A stretch of DNA of 64,000 nt from Fistulifera solaris (taxonomy: Eukaryota), in NCBI GenBank assembly GCA_030295235.1, contig AP026164.1:806001-870000 (forward strand), in the 5' to 3' direction. The notes beneath the pieces were generated by a model that did no database searches, was not told where the DNA came from, and saw nothing but the letters and a program-made list of their open reading frames with translations. The position numbers and the translations under genes were made by a program. This document shows, in pieces, positions 24,602-36,246 of this stretch. Numbering within the stretch: position 1 is the stretch's first letter; every line of letters begins with the position of its first letter.

Positions 24602-27600
24602 CTACTCGAAAATGATATTCCAGTTTGAAAGAGCAGAAAGTTGTGGTTTGCGCAAGACGAGAAGATTGGATTGCTCGGAAAATGAATACTCAACAACCCT
24701 GCCTTCAACGGTGATTTTTGCCGGCGGAACAGATACGCCCATGATGACGATGCGCTCGATCATGCGATCCATCAGCATGTCATCAGCTTTATTGGACCAA
24801 CCAGATCCAATCGTCACAGTATTGCTTAAAGTCTTTCCACCATCCAGATCCGCGGTAAATGTTGCAGTGGCGAATTCAAACCGCGTTCGATATCCAAAGC
24901 TTTCTTCGTCATCCATGTGAAGACCTCCTGTTGCCACGCCGTGGCTATCTAGAGCGACATAAAGCGTGTAGGGGTCATTCTTCATCAGCATCGACGAACG
25001 ACGCAATCTTAGCTTTCGCGGTACGATTGATCCACCTCGTTGAAAGACAGGGATAGTATCGAGATTTGCTGAGACCTCCTGAACTTGGACATGGCATTCC
25101 CCCAAAGTCGCAGATGCAACCAACGCCAATGTGTCGGCGTCATACCAACTGTCGCAGGAAGGGAAGATTACTGACGCTTTCGTTACACCTGGCGCCGTGA
25201 TTGGCTTCACCAGCAAGCTATTTCCCACGAAGTACTGGTCCTCTACGGAATAAAGTTCTTCTAATTGAGGATACTCCATCCACATCATTCGCAGTATTGG
25301 CATTCCGCTGTCTTCTGAAAATCGAAATAGGGTGTACCAGAAAGGAAGTAGAGCATAACGTGCCATAGCTGCTTTTCGGAGGCGATGAAGAACTTCATCT
25401 CCGAAAACCCAAGGTTCTCTTCTCTTTGAGTCGTGATGAGCATGTCCACGGAAGAAAGGCGTATACGCACCGGCTTGCATCCATCGAGTAAACAATTCAG
25501 GATCTGGGTCTCCGAAGAATCCCCCGACGTCGGCACCGACAAATGTTAGCGCTGCCACGTTCATACTCAAAAGCATAGGAGCCGCCACTTCTAAGTGTCC
25601 CCACTGCGCCGCGTTATCTCCCGTCCAAATAGCACCATACTTTTGGCTTCCCGCAAAAAAGGATCGACTCAAGACAAATGGTCGAATATCTTCGTTCGGT
25701 TGATTGCGACGAATCAGACCTTCCGAAGTGGCACGATGAAAAAGCATACCGTATAAGTTGTGCCACTCTCTGTGCTCCTCTCCTTTGAGATTTTTCAAGT
25801 CTTTGCTCATGGAAACTTCGGGACCATTAAAAACAGAAGGTTCATTCATGTCATTCCATGTGAACAAAGTGGGGGTTGAACCAAGATACCGGTTATAAGC
25901 GAACTGGTCAGCCCACCATGATCGGACGTGTTCCGCTGTAAAGTCCAGATACGAAGAGGAACCTGGCCAGCACCAACCATCGAAATCTTTCTGTCCATCT
26001 TTGTCTTTTATGTACAGCCCTTTCGATTCGGCTTCTTTATGTATGTAGTACTTCTTGTCGCGTTTTATGTGAGGGTCAATGATAGTGACCATCCGTCTAC
26101 CTTGGGAAGCCAACTTTTCTTGCATCTCTTCAGGGTGCGGGAAAAGACCCTTATCCCATGTAAAATAGCGCTTTCCATCCGTGTGCTCTATGTCCAGCCA
26201 CAATACATCGTACGGATAATCCAGTTCTTCGAACTTTTCATGAACGAAATAAACATCCTTTTCGTCCTTGTAGTTCCACCTGCATTGATGATATCCCAAT
26301 GAAAACATCGGCGGAAGTGGTGCCGTGCCGGTAAGTTTGGCATATTGTTGGTAGATACTGGATGGGTCAGGACCTGGCAACAAGAAAAGATCAATGACAC
26401 CACTCTCGCTAATCCAGTGAGCAGTACTGCTGGAGTCCGTAGAAGTAATATCCACAAACGTTTCGGAAGGATTGAACCAGAAAACTCCGACTGAGCCTCC
26501 AGTCTTACTCTGACTTAGCATGAAAGGAATAGCACCGTACAAAGCCATTGTCTCATCCAGTTCGTATTCAAAGACATCGAGATTATACAGTCGGTAAGGT
26601 TCTTTGTAATGCGATCCTTCACCACGAGTAGATTTCAAGACTGCCGATGATGCGTGTTCCGGAATTCCATAAAGATGCTTTGAACCTGGAAAGGAAATAT
26701 CCATTCCGACACTCATGGGTCCAAAGGGTTTGCTGTCTTTGTGTGACGAGAACGTTTCCTCCCACAAACCCTCGGGATCCAGTGTCTGTTCTTCCGTCAA
26801 CTGTCGATGGTCTTCCTCCTCCACTGTTTCTTCTTTGACTTCCTCGCGCTCTTCCCGGGTACCGTCCGCATAGATCGCCAATCCGTCTTCCCAATAACCC
26901 ACGACTTCCTTGTCTTGCGATTTTTCCTTGGGTTCTTCTTCGGGCAAGACCTCTTCTTGCGGTTGATTCTCTCCACGCTTGCGACGAACTTCAAAATGCA
27001 TTAAATCTTTTCCATTGAGCTGAACGATCGGCACTTCGTCTCGATACAGCGTGAGTTGAAATGGTTCCAGTTGCAACAAAAGCACCAGGGTATTTGATGG
27101 CGTCTTGTATTGTAGCGCCATGTAATTATCGACGGTATGATGTTCCTTCACACGTTGCAAAAACCCCAATAAAGCCTCATCACTGGGTCTCCACCATACC
27201 GCTTCATGTGCCACTTTCCATTCTTGTGGGTGGTGCAACACAAGATCGTCGTACGTGACCCTCGGTGTCATCAAAGCCGGGGACCCACCGTAGACTTCGG
27301 TGAATCGAATGCGTGCCGTGCCGTCGACCAGTGTCGTAATAGAAAATAGTAAAAACTCCGCGTCCGCTGCCTTATTTTGCAAAGTTCCGGTCAAAGTCGG
27401 CGGCGGGCCGGCAACATATTCGGAAACCGGCGGGGAGTCACCGAGCAATTTTCGCCGCATCAACGTCCACACACTGTCTGGTTCTTTAGCAGCATTATCG
27501 TGTTCTGGAATATGAAAATGAACTGATTCCGGTAATAATTTGTATTGATACAAAAGATGGCTGTTATGGGGAGTCCCATCCGCGTGTTGACGATTGCGGC

Positions 27601-27706
27601 GACAGAAGGAGGCTTGCTGACAAGTACGAAATTTGGTGCGATCGACCGCCATGACAACGACTGTCCAGAGAAGTAGCCCCATCAGAGGCCGGTTGCCGTG
27701 TATCAT
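24602..27706 (-). CDS. GANAB: ER glucosidase II alpha subunit (GH31)
   Basis: Signal peptide then AVDRTKFRTCQQASFCRR; WLDIEH, WNDMNEPSVF, WTGDN, FFRGHAH. The probable start is 27706, not 28078. Confidence 0.95.
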   Translation of the reverse strand: MIHGNRPLMGLLLWTVVVMAVDRTKFRTCQQASFCRRNRQHADGTPHNSHLLYQYKLLPESVHFHIPEHDNAAKEPDSVWTLMRRKLLGDSPPVSEYVAGPPPTLTGTLQNKAADAEFLLFSITTLVDGTARIRFTEVYGGSPALMTPRVTYDDLVLHHPQEWKVAHEAVWWRPSDEALLGFLQRVKEHHTVDNYMALQYKTPSNTLVLLLQLEPFQLTLYRDEVPIVQLNGKDLMHFEVRRKRGENQPQEEVLPEEEPKEKSQDKEVVGYWEDGLAIYADGTREEREEVKEETVEEEDHRQLTEEQTLDPEGLWEETFSSHKDSKPFGPMSVGMDISFPGSKHLYGIPEHASSAVLKSTRGEGSHYKEPYRLYNLDVFEYELDETMALYGAIPFMLSQSKTGGSVGVFWFNPSETFVDITSTDSSSTAHWISESGVIDLFLLPGPDPSSIYQQYAKLTGTAPLPPMFSLGYHQCRWNYKDEKDVYFVHEKFEELDYPYDVLWLDIEHTDGKRYFTWDKGLFPHPEEMQEKLASQGRRMVTIIDPHIKRDKKYYIHKEAESKGLYIKDKDGQKDFDGWCWPGSSSYLDFTAEHVRSWWADQFAYNRYLGSTPTLFTWNDMNEPSVFNGPEVSMSKDLKNLKGEEHREWHNLYGMLFHRATSEGLIRRNQPNEDIRPFVLSRSFFAGSQKYGAIWTGDNAAQWGHLEVAAPMLLSMNVAALTFVGADVGGFFGDPDPELFTRWMQAGAYTPFFRGHAHHDSKRREPWVFGDEVLHRLRKAAMARYALLPFWYTLFRFSEDSGMPILRMMWMEYPQLEELYSVEDQYFVGNSLLVKPITAPGVTKASVIFPSCDSWYDADTLALVASATLGECHVQVQEVSANLDTIPVFQRGGSIVPRKLRLRRSSMLMKNDPYTLYVALDSHGVATGGLHMDDEESFGYRTRFEFATATFTADLDGGKTLSNTVTIGSGWSNKADDMLMDRMIERIVIMGVSVPPAKITVEGRVVEYSFSEQSNLLVLRKPQLSALSNWNIIFE

Positions 27707-28149
27707 AGTAATGAATTGATAGCGACTGCTATTATCCTGCGAATTGGATTGATGAGGAGATGAGAATTGCCTTGTATGTCTCGTTTTACCAGGTACAAGT
27801 ATTGCCTCTGTCATGGTCGCTTTTTGGCGTAATTGACGTGCAAACGACATTCTGTCTGACAGGTTATCGATGGACACTCTAAACCATACTAATACCTGCC
27901 CCTGCGAGGTACACCAAAAATGATTGTCCAAAATAAGTCGCACGACTAGATCAGTCGTGTCATTGGGACGTATCTTTCCGCTGCACAGTGACGTCTGGGC
28001 AGACCACACAAGGAGATCACAGCACGTCCCCTGTTTTGTTGATTGTCTTAGATTAGTATTGCGTGTATCGTGAAGCAATACGTTTTAAAGATACGTTACT
28101 TATCTTTGAATCTGCTTGATCCGAGTACATCGTGCATTTGATTAGCATC

Positions 28150-30531
28150 ATGAAAGACCTTTACTTGATTCTTTACAATAGCGCTTGTTGTGTCGGTTGG
28201 GCGGGAGTTTTGGGCTTGTCTATCTGCTCACTCGTTACCTCCGACAAGGCTAGCCTTACCGACAAGTTGGCGGAGATCCACGGATTTCAAGAAGTCTCGT
28301 TGCTTCTCACTATCTCTCAATCGGCGGCTCTTCTCGAAATTGTTCATGCGGTCCTCGGATTGGTTCGATCGCCCGTCATGGTCACTTTTATGCAAGTGAT
28401 GAGTCGCATTGTGGCCCTTGTTGCCGTCGAGCAGTCGATTGACGCACAGAGTAAGTGAACGAACCAATCGGAAAAACCACATATTGTTTGTTGTATCCTT
28501 TTTTATCTTGACCTAACGAATCATCGTTTAGCGCAATGGGGTGCCGGTTTGATGATCCTTTCCTGGTCCATGGTGGAGGTCCCTCGCTACGCCTTTTATT
28601 TGGCCGCTATTGTCACCGGTGACGCTACCAAAAAGACTCCATATCCATTATTCTGGCTTCGATACTCCCTCTTTGCGATTCTCTATCCGACGGGGATCGT
28701 GGGAGAACTCACGGTCTTCTTTGCGGCCGCCAAAGATCCAGCCTTTGCCAGCCCCGCCATTGCTTTCTTTTATGGCAAGCTCTTGTTTGCCGTCTATGTA
28801 GTAGGCTCACCCTTTATGATCATGAACATGGTCGCGAATCGCAAGAGTGCTTTCAAGAAGCGATTCGCCAAACCGCCTCCGCCGCCCCGTGGTTTGTGCT
28901 GGCCCGTCGATAAGAAAGGCGAACGCTCCTCCACCGAAGTCAACCGGGCAATTGTGGCGGCCGCTCTTTCGGCAATGGATGAATCCTTGGGTCAGAAATG
29001 CCTCAAAGAGCGTGGTTGGCGATTCGGATATGTCAAGCACTTGCGGGCCATGGTGGAAGCGCAGTGTGCGTCGCCAGAGGCCGCGATCAAGTCCGCCCAG
29101 GCCGGAATTGATAAAGCATACGAGCTATTCGAGTTTGTGTATCCAGACGGAAAAGCGGTCTCGTTCAAGGAAGCCATGTCCGCCAAGAATTCGGAAAAGT
29201 ATTATACGGGATTTGTGCAAGGAGAAGGATCCTCGAAGAAAGACAAATTGGAAGTTCCTTACAATGGCAAACAGCTCTCAGGACAGGAACTCAAAGATCA
29301 GGTCAAGGCGTGGGTCGATTATGGAACAATCGAACCAAGTGCCGGAGAAGCCATTATCAAATGCGTCGACAATCCCAAGTGGTTCAGTGAAGAATTCAGC
29401 AAGCGATATTTTGTTTTGTTGGGCGCAGGTTCCGCTATGGGCCCTCTGAAAGTTCTCCTGGCGCTCGGCGCAAACGTGATTGCGGTGGATTTAGATCGTC
29501 CCGGAATTTGGAAGCACTTGATTGGTCTTGCCAAGGAATCCACGGGTACCATGACATTCCCACTGAAAGAAGATCCTGCCACATTCGATGTCAAAAACGA
29601 AGATGCTCTCTATGAACGCGCAGGCTGCAATCTGTTCACAAACACTCCCTTGATTCGCGATTGGCTGATGGACTTGTATCCCGGTAAATCGTTCACTGTG
29701 GGAAGTTATGCATACTTGGATGGAGCTCTTCACGTGCAGGTTTCGTTGGCAATGGACGCCATTACCCGAGATTTGACCGAGAAGCGCAAAAACACGAGCC
29801 TTGCCTATTTGTGCACTCCTACCGATCTACATCTTATCCCCAAGGAGGCTCATGACGCTGCAGCTGCTAACCTTAAGGAGTTTTCAAAGAAGCCATATTG
29901 TAAGTATTCTGGAGGAGTTTCAGTCGCTCATTGGGAACTTCTCATACTCAACTGTTTTGTTTTAGGTATGTTCTTGAGCTTGCTGGGAGGCGGAAAGTTC
30001 TTGCGCTCCAATGTCAAGAAACCGGTTCAAGGAAAGGGCGGAGATTATTATTTGGTGAATGGTATAAGTGTGGCTCAAGGACCCAACTACGCTTTGGCTA
30101 AGCGAATGCAGCACTGGCGAGCCATTATTGCACGTAGCAAGGGATGCATCGTCTCGTCCAACATTGCTCCTTCAACGTCTACTGTTTCGGTTGTCCACAA
30201 TAGAACCTTTGCTTGGGCCTATGAGGGCATGCCTTACTTCAAACCGTTCGAGATCGCCACTCCTGATTTGTCCAAGGCTGTCATGTTGGCTCTTTTAGCA
30301 TACGACTTGAACGACCCGAGTAGTGCCGCGAACCCTAAGACGCCACTCAGCAACCCGAACCAGCTCTTCTCATTTGGCTCATTCCACGGAGGACTTTGGC
30401 GTTGTGCCTATGAAGTTGATAGCATCGGAGAGGCTTCTGTTCTGCTTTATTTCTCTCGCGTCGCGAAACCATACGTCGTGGGGGTCGGTGCTCTTGCTGT
30501 TGCGGTAGCTGCTTATGCTTTCGGAAAGTAA
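28150..30531 (+). CDS. PTPLA/HACD 3-hydroxyacyl-CoA dehydratase fused to a Rossmann-like domain
   Basis: YLILYN, LEIVHAVLGLVRS, QVMSR, EVPRYAFY, WLRYSLFAILYPTG..GE; introns 28451-28531 and 29900-29965; C-terminal VLLGAGSAMGP...VIAVD. Confidence 0.88.
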
Positions 30532-30654
30532 ACTTCGGTGACATACAATGAAGTCGTGCTATTCTTTACATAAATTTCTATTATTCGTTTAAAAAACGAC
30601 ATCTCAAATAAACGTAGGTCAACTACAAAGACAACGCAAAATTGGGACAAGACA

Positions 30655-31959
30655 TTAAGAATCCTCGGCGGAAACAGCTGTCGCCTCCTCGAGGGCGTTT
30701 ATTATGACTCCGCTCGCCGCTCGAGTGAGCCGGTCTTTTACAGCCAACTCCAACGCATCACCAGAATCCGGTAATTCCGGAAACACAACGTATCCGGCGC
30801 TAGGAACTTGTTCTGCCCATCGTAGAGTATCAAAGACAGTCTGCGCCGCGGCACTGGATGCTCCATCCGTTGTCAAATCACGGTATGCCAAGCAGTGATC
30901 CTTCCAGTGAATCAGCTTTCCACCATAATCGATCACAACAGCTTGTGACAAAAACTCAACTCTCGGCTCGCTTTTCACGCAGGCTGGTGATAAAAGAAAG
31001 CTGGGGATATTGGGCGAATAGTGTCGTATTGTTTGACCTGGTGCAACGTTGGCTACGTCGTCTTTCGTCGCTCGTTTGAGTTTGGCTACCACCTCAACGG
31101 GGAGGCCGGTCAAAGAATCCTTCAAAGCGTGTACCGATACAGCGCCCTGCCGCAAGACAGTTAATAAATATTTCCCTTGATTCGTCTCCTCCAGTTTCGC
31201 CACAGTGCTTTCTACGCCTACGTCACAACATGGGCCTTCCTGGCCTTCGGTTTCCAAAATCCAAACATCTTCGTTGTGCAAGTCATCAAAGACATGATGC
31301 GCAGTAGTCGGAGACACGTGACCAAATTTATTGGCACTGGGTGCAGCTATGGGCACTTGCGCCGCTTCAAGGAGGGCACGCGCTGTCGGATGTGACGGTG
31401 AACGACACGCACAGTAACCGGTGCCCGCCATGATGGTACTCGGCACTTTGCTATTCGCTTCCGCCACCAAGGTCAGAGGTCCCGGCCAAAAATCGTGACA
31501 CAATTTACTCAGTATTGGGTTATCTTGTTTCCAAAGCGAGAATGCATCACGTGTTTCCAAAACGTGCACAATAAGTGGGTCCGTTAAGGGACGTTCTTTT
31601 GCCGCAAACACTTTGGCGACCGCATTAACGTCGAGCGCGTGACATCCCAAGCCGTAGACAGTTTCTGTCGGAAAAGCAACCAACTCGCCGAGTCGGAGAC
31701 GCTCCCCACAGGCAGGTATATCATTTAATATTCTTGCCTTCATTTGAGATTTTTGTTTTGATGTTTCGACACTGTTATCGACTGTAGTGTTGAAAGAAGT
31801 ATCACTGATGGAAGCTGCTGCGACCATGATGAAATTTCCTAAGCCCGGTGGTCTATTAAACGATCGTAATATAGGTGAAAATGGAAATGAACAAGACCCA
31901 ACGATCAACATAAGGCTCACGAACAAAGCCGAGATTACAGAAAGAATGTTCTGGGTCAT
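30655..31959 (-). CDS. SUA5: Threonylcarbamoyl-AMP synthase (Sua5/TsaC)
   Basis: VAFPTETVYGLG, AKERPLTDPLIVH, FWPGPLTLV, AAPSANKFG, GVESTV, APGQ..RHYSP; hydrophobic N-terminal presequence. Start uncertain. Confidence 0.92.
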   Translation of the reverse strand: MTQNILSVISALFVSLMLIVGSCSFPFSPILRSFNRPPGLGNFIMVAAASISDTSFNTTVDNSVETSKQKSQMKARILNDIPACGERLRLGELVAFPTETVYGLGCHALDVNAVAKVFAAKERPLTDPLIVHVLETRDAFSLWKQDNPILSKLCHDFWPGPLTLVAEANSKVPSTIMAGTGYCACRSPSHPTARALLEAAQVPIAAPSANKFGHVSPTTAHHVFDDLHNEDVWILETEGQEGPCCDVGVESTVAKLEETNQGKYLLTVLRQGAVSVHALKDSLTGLPVEVVAKLKRATKDDVANVAPGQTIRHYSPNIPSFLLSPACVKSEPRVEFLSQAVVIDYGGKLIHWKDHCLAYRDLTTDGASSAAAQTVFDTLRWAEQVPSAGYVVFPELPDSGDALELAVKDRLTRAASGVIINALEEATAVSAEDS

Positions 31960-32375
31960 GCGCGTGCCTACAAAAGCATGCCTTTCCAGCTCGCTACCCT
32001 CGTTTCGAATTGTCAAGAAAATAGCGATGCAGGACAAATGTATTTGGTCTAGCTGACGAGCGTGCCGGGCTAAAACGAATTGTTGGCACGCACATTCGTT
32101 AAAACAAAATTATGGAGTGAGGAGCGCCGCCGCTTTTCGTTTCGTGGTGGTAGTTTGAGTTTTGAGTGTTTCGAGGAGGGATCAGGAAACGTGTTCATGA
32201 CAGACGGACCTAGGATTTTGCTATGGCTCAAAAAGATGGCTAAAATCCCGGAAGAGAACGACCAACTCCTTTGATGTTTATTTCACCGAGGCATGACGTC
32301 TTAATAATTATTGTTTCATAGCAATAGATGCTAGCAAAGTTACCTTCTATCTTGCGATGTAGCAAAAACGTGATT

Positions 32376-33778
32376 CTAGAGAGTATTGAGAGCTAAAGAC
32401 CACCATTCTGGTAGTGGGGCTTCGATTGTCTCTCCTCCTGAGAATGGTATTTGAATGGAAGCAGCGTGTAGAAAAAAGCTGTTTGGTGTTCCCGAATGTT
32501 GAATCAGCTTGTTAGAAGAAGTCCCAACTCCGCCATACAACGGATCACCAACGATGGGAGACTTCAGGACCTCCGCCGCGTGGACTCGAACTTGATGCTT
32601 CCTGCCCGTAAGCGTTTCCATCTCAACCAACGATGCCTCGTCGAAGCTCTTCAGGACACGGTATTTCGATTGAGCTACATGACCCGATACGGGAGAATCA
32701 ATGAGGATTGGGGTTTCCTGTTCTGAATGCCACTGAACTGACGGACTAAGCAGACAAATGTACTTTTTTGATACTTGTCGTAGAAAAAATTCTGACACCA
32801 ACTGCGCGTGGGCCTCATCGCTCTTTGCGATAGCTAGGCATCCGGATGTGCCTCGATCAAGCCGATGAACAATGCCTCGAGCTTCAGAATTGATTGTTGA
32901 AAGGGGTAAATTAACGTGCAGCAAAGCCTCCTCGAGACTAACATCAGCATTTCCTTTCCCTTTCTTGACTTTCCCTGCTGTGGTGGAATGCTTATGAAAA
33001 CACGCAATGCCGCTTGGCTTGCTGATAATAAGCAAGTGGTCTGTTTCCTGTAAGATTCGAAAATCGGAACCCAAAATGTCTTGTAACTGACTTTCGACAC
33101 TAGCTGCTGATGTCGGTTCTGCCTTTCGACGCGCAGCGGCCATTGATTTTCTGCGTTTCGAACCACCTTGCTTTTTGCTGGTACGCACTGCTAAACCTAA
33201 AATGCTCTCTGCAACTGTTTGCATTTCACCATTCCCGTGCAATAAACAAGTATAGACGAGAGACATCGTTACAAGATCCGGTTGTATTCCGCTTTCGTCG
33301 GCCGAATGCTGCCATTCTTTCCACAGATCATGAGCATAAGAAGGAATTTTCTGAAGGCAGCACATGCCTAAACAAGCATTTAAAATGCTAGCGGCTTGTC
33401 CCCTTTACTCGCAAAGGTAGAGAATGTTTGTGACACCAACTCCGCTGGAGTGATAGGGCTCGTTTGTAAATCAATGTTCAGGTTCAGCACCGCATCCGTC
33501 TCTCCTCTATCGTAGGCACTGTGTATCATTGTCGTTAGATCACAGTTGTTATCTGTCAAAACCGGGGAATTGATATCATCTCTGAACGATGAAAAAATTC
33601 GGAATGTAGTTGATTGGTGTTTGAAGTGACGAAATGGTTTCGAGTGGAACCATCGCTGCTCTTTATTGATACGTCTACAGCAAGGAAAATAGAAACCCCA
33701 TACCATGCTCAATCGTAGCATCATCACAAGGTTCGCAACGACAAATGATTTTATCCTCCACGACAATGAAACCGACAT
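32376..33778 (-). CDS. RluA-family pseudouridine synthase with a PPR-like N-terminal segment; frameshift near 33400
   Basis: SKPSG, GIVHRLDRGTSG, TGRKHQVRVH, PIVGDPLYG, FLHA. The shifted frame GQAASILNACLGMCC joins the two ORFs. Confidence 0.88.
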
Positions 33779-34019
33779 TACAATGTCTTTTCGTGGTAGA
33801 ATGACGACAGGTAGTGGGCGGTCTCTGGACTTTTATCAGTCTCACTTTGCCTTGCGGCTTAGGTTTGTGATTGCGGGGTCTAATCAGATTCTTGGTCTTA
33901 TCAAAGAAAACGCTACCAGATCAGATTCCATTCCGAAAGCCATCAAATCCAAATAAAATCAAGCAACCTGGTAATTATTTTCCTGAGATAATTCTCTTGC
34001 ACAACCAAAGACACCACAG

Positions 34020-34310
34020 CATCCACAGATTTTCTGTGGAGGTGAATAACTACATACAGAGATTTTCTGAAAATTTGAAGAAGCCACAATCACAGATTTT
34101 TCTGAGTTTCTGGGCGTGAAGTTACCGCACTCCCAGATTTTCTGTGGACGGGAAGTAACCCACTCCCAGGAAGTGGCCGCATTCCCAGATTTTCTGTCAA
34201 CGTGAGAACACAAAATACCCAGATTTTCTGTGTAAAGAGCAGACGACATACCCAGATTTTCTATGGACGTCAAGAAACCACATCCTCAGATTCTCTGTGA
34301 ACGTAAAGAC
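34020..34310. repeat. Degenerate ~33-34-bp minisatellite with CAGATTTTCTG core (cluster 2)
   Basis: Eight cores at about 34026, 34059, 34093, 34134, 34186, 34220, 34253 and 34287. Confidence 0.85.
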
Positions 34311-34608
34311 AGAAGACATTATTATTCATCACAACAAAGTAGAACTCTCTTTTCCAGAACGTAGACTACCGGTAACATCAATTTCATACAAAAAACGATA
34401 AGGATCCTTATATTTTGGTTACGCTAACTATTCAACGGACAATTATACTCACTTTTCTGGCTATACATGAAATTTAATTAGCTGCTTCCCTATCACGTCA
34501 CACTTGACTTGTTCGCGGCCGCGACCATCTCCCACCATCACGCGGACTGCATGAGATTATAATTATTCCAAAGCGATCGCGATGCAGTTGCACATGATCA
34601 AGTGAAGA

Positions 34609-35277
34609 ATGAGAAGCGCCTATTTGTTATTTTGTATCAACGTTGGTCTCGTTAGCGGCTTCCAGTTGACATCATTATCAAGGTTGTCTGCTTTGCATTA
34701 TGTCGACTCGGATGATGAATCTGCGATGCCAACGAGACGGCAGTTTCTTGCCCTTATTACTGCTGTAGCACAATTTCCTATTCTTTCACAATCTGCTGAT
34801 GCTTCATCCGAAACTGTGTTTCGACGACAAACCGATCGATTTTCTTACGTCTTTGAGCCGCCGACGGATTGGGCTCCGCAAAACAAACCGTTAAAAACAC
34901 ATTTGGATGAAGTTAATTTCAAAAGTCCGTCGATCAGCAAGTACGAGTATGGAATTACTGTTGATCCCGTTCGCATCAAATCCTTGCACGAGTTTGGAAC
35001 ACCCGCCGAGGTCGCAGCAAAAGTGGTGCTTTCCGAACTCAATCGAGACGGTGTCTTTGATGTTACCTTGGCTGAAGATGCGTTTGCCGCAGACAATGAT
35101 GCTTATTACCAGCTCAATTATATCAGTAAGGGGAAACGAGGCGAGAAGCGGTTCATCACCAAGTTTTATGTACGAGACCAAATGTTATTTGCCCTTACTG
35201 CGCAGTGTCTTGACTCGGACTACAGAAAGCTACAAAGTGAAATTACGAAGACGGTCGACTCGTTTCGAATAGAATGA
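34609..35277 (+). CDS. PsbP-domain thylakoid lumen protein
   Basis: Signal peptide (VSG-FQL), twin-arginine TRRQFL plus hydrophobic stretch and ADA site; VDPVRIKSLHEFGTPAEVA, LFALTAQ, VDSFRI. Confidence 0.88.
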   Translation: MRSAYLLFCINVGLVSGFQLTSLSRLSALHYVDSDDESAMPTRRQFLALITAVAQFPILSQSADASSETVFRRQTDRFSYVFEPPTDWAPQNKPLKTHLDEVNFKSPSISKYEYGITVDPVRIKSLHEFGTPAEVAAKVVLSELNRDGVFDVTLAEDAFAADNDAYYQLNYISKGKRGEKRFITKFYVRDQMLFALTAQCLDSDYRKLQSEITKTVDSFRIE

Positions 35278-35719
35278 GTGGTAAATACTCGAACGAAATA
35301 GCTAGGGTGAGCATTGCCTTTTGCTGGCAATTGTCATCCGTGACACCTAAGACGGATGAATGGAAAGTAGCTTAGATCAGGCGGTACTTCTCATAAACTG
35401 AAGGCTTTCTTCTACAGTAACTAGACAACAGAAAACATGACATATATCGTTGTCATTGCTTTTTCATTTCATCGACTTCAATTTCTCGAGACGACTAATT
35501 TAGCTTTTTCGGATTCCGGATCCGGACACGCGACACGCCCAATCGAGGTGTGACGACTGTGCGCCGTACGTATCTCATCCCTCGTCGTCCGCTTGCCGAA
35601 ACAAATCGACGAAACAACAAAGCGACATGACAAGTGGTAGGCACAAAAATAAGCAATCAATTTGAGTGTTACTCTTCAATTTTCCGTTTTCTTCTTTGTT
35701 TTTATAAACTATACAAACA

Positions 35720-36246
35720 ATGAGCCGAAAGCGTCCTGCGTCTGACGGAAAAATTCAGCTCACCATTCTTACTTCTGCTGGAAGCAAAGAAGAGGTAACG
35801 AATTCTCTCGCGTGATTTTGCCGCTAATACTCGTCATTCCCACCGTTACTTCTTCGCAGATCGAAATTAATCCTTCTAAATCTTTAAAGGAATTAAAGGA
35901 GCAAGTCTCGTCCATAGCCTCTCTCGGTTCCATTCCGAGCACATATCAGCGCGTGTTTTACTTAGGCAAAGAATTGAAAAGCGGAGGGCGATCTCTTGAA
36001 GCCCTTGGGGTAGGTCGCCATGGAATCAACGTGATCCATGTGCACAACAACAAGCCAAGGGAAGGCTATTCACCTCCAGTGAACCATCGAAGAGCTGTAA
36101 CGGCCAGAAAAACCGTTTTAGCTCGAAATCATAATCGTCGACATCCTATAGAAGTTGTCGATCTCGCCACGGATGATGACGACGACGACGAAATCCTAGT
36201 ACAAGACGATAATGATGAAGTGTGTATCATAGACATAACCGAGTAA
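35720..36246 (+). CDS. Ubiquitin-like domain protein with acidic SIM-like tail
   Basis: ATG at 35720, intron 35795-35859; LKELKEQV...QRVFYLGKELK...LEALGV...VIHV; tail EVVDL-D-rich-VCIIDITE. Confidence 0.75.

Noticed and set aside
27707..28078. 124-aa N-terminal extension of glucosidase II
   Set aside because: The signal peptide starts at 27706; the upstream open frame spans the divergent promoter shared with the PTPLA gene.
34020..34310. CRISPR-like array
   Set aside because: The core is only ~11-13 nt, the linkers resemble each other, there are no cas genes and the context is eukaryotic. It is a degenerate minisatellite.
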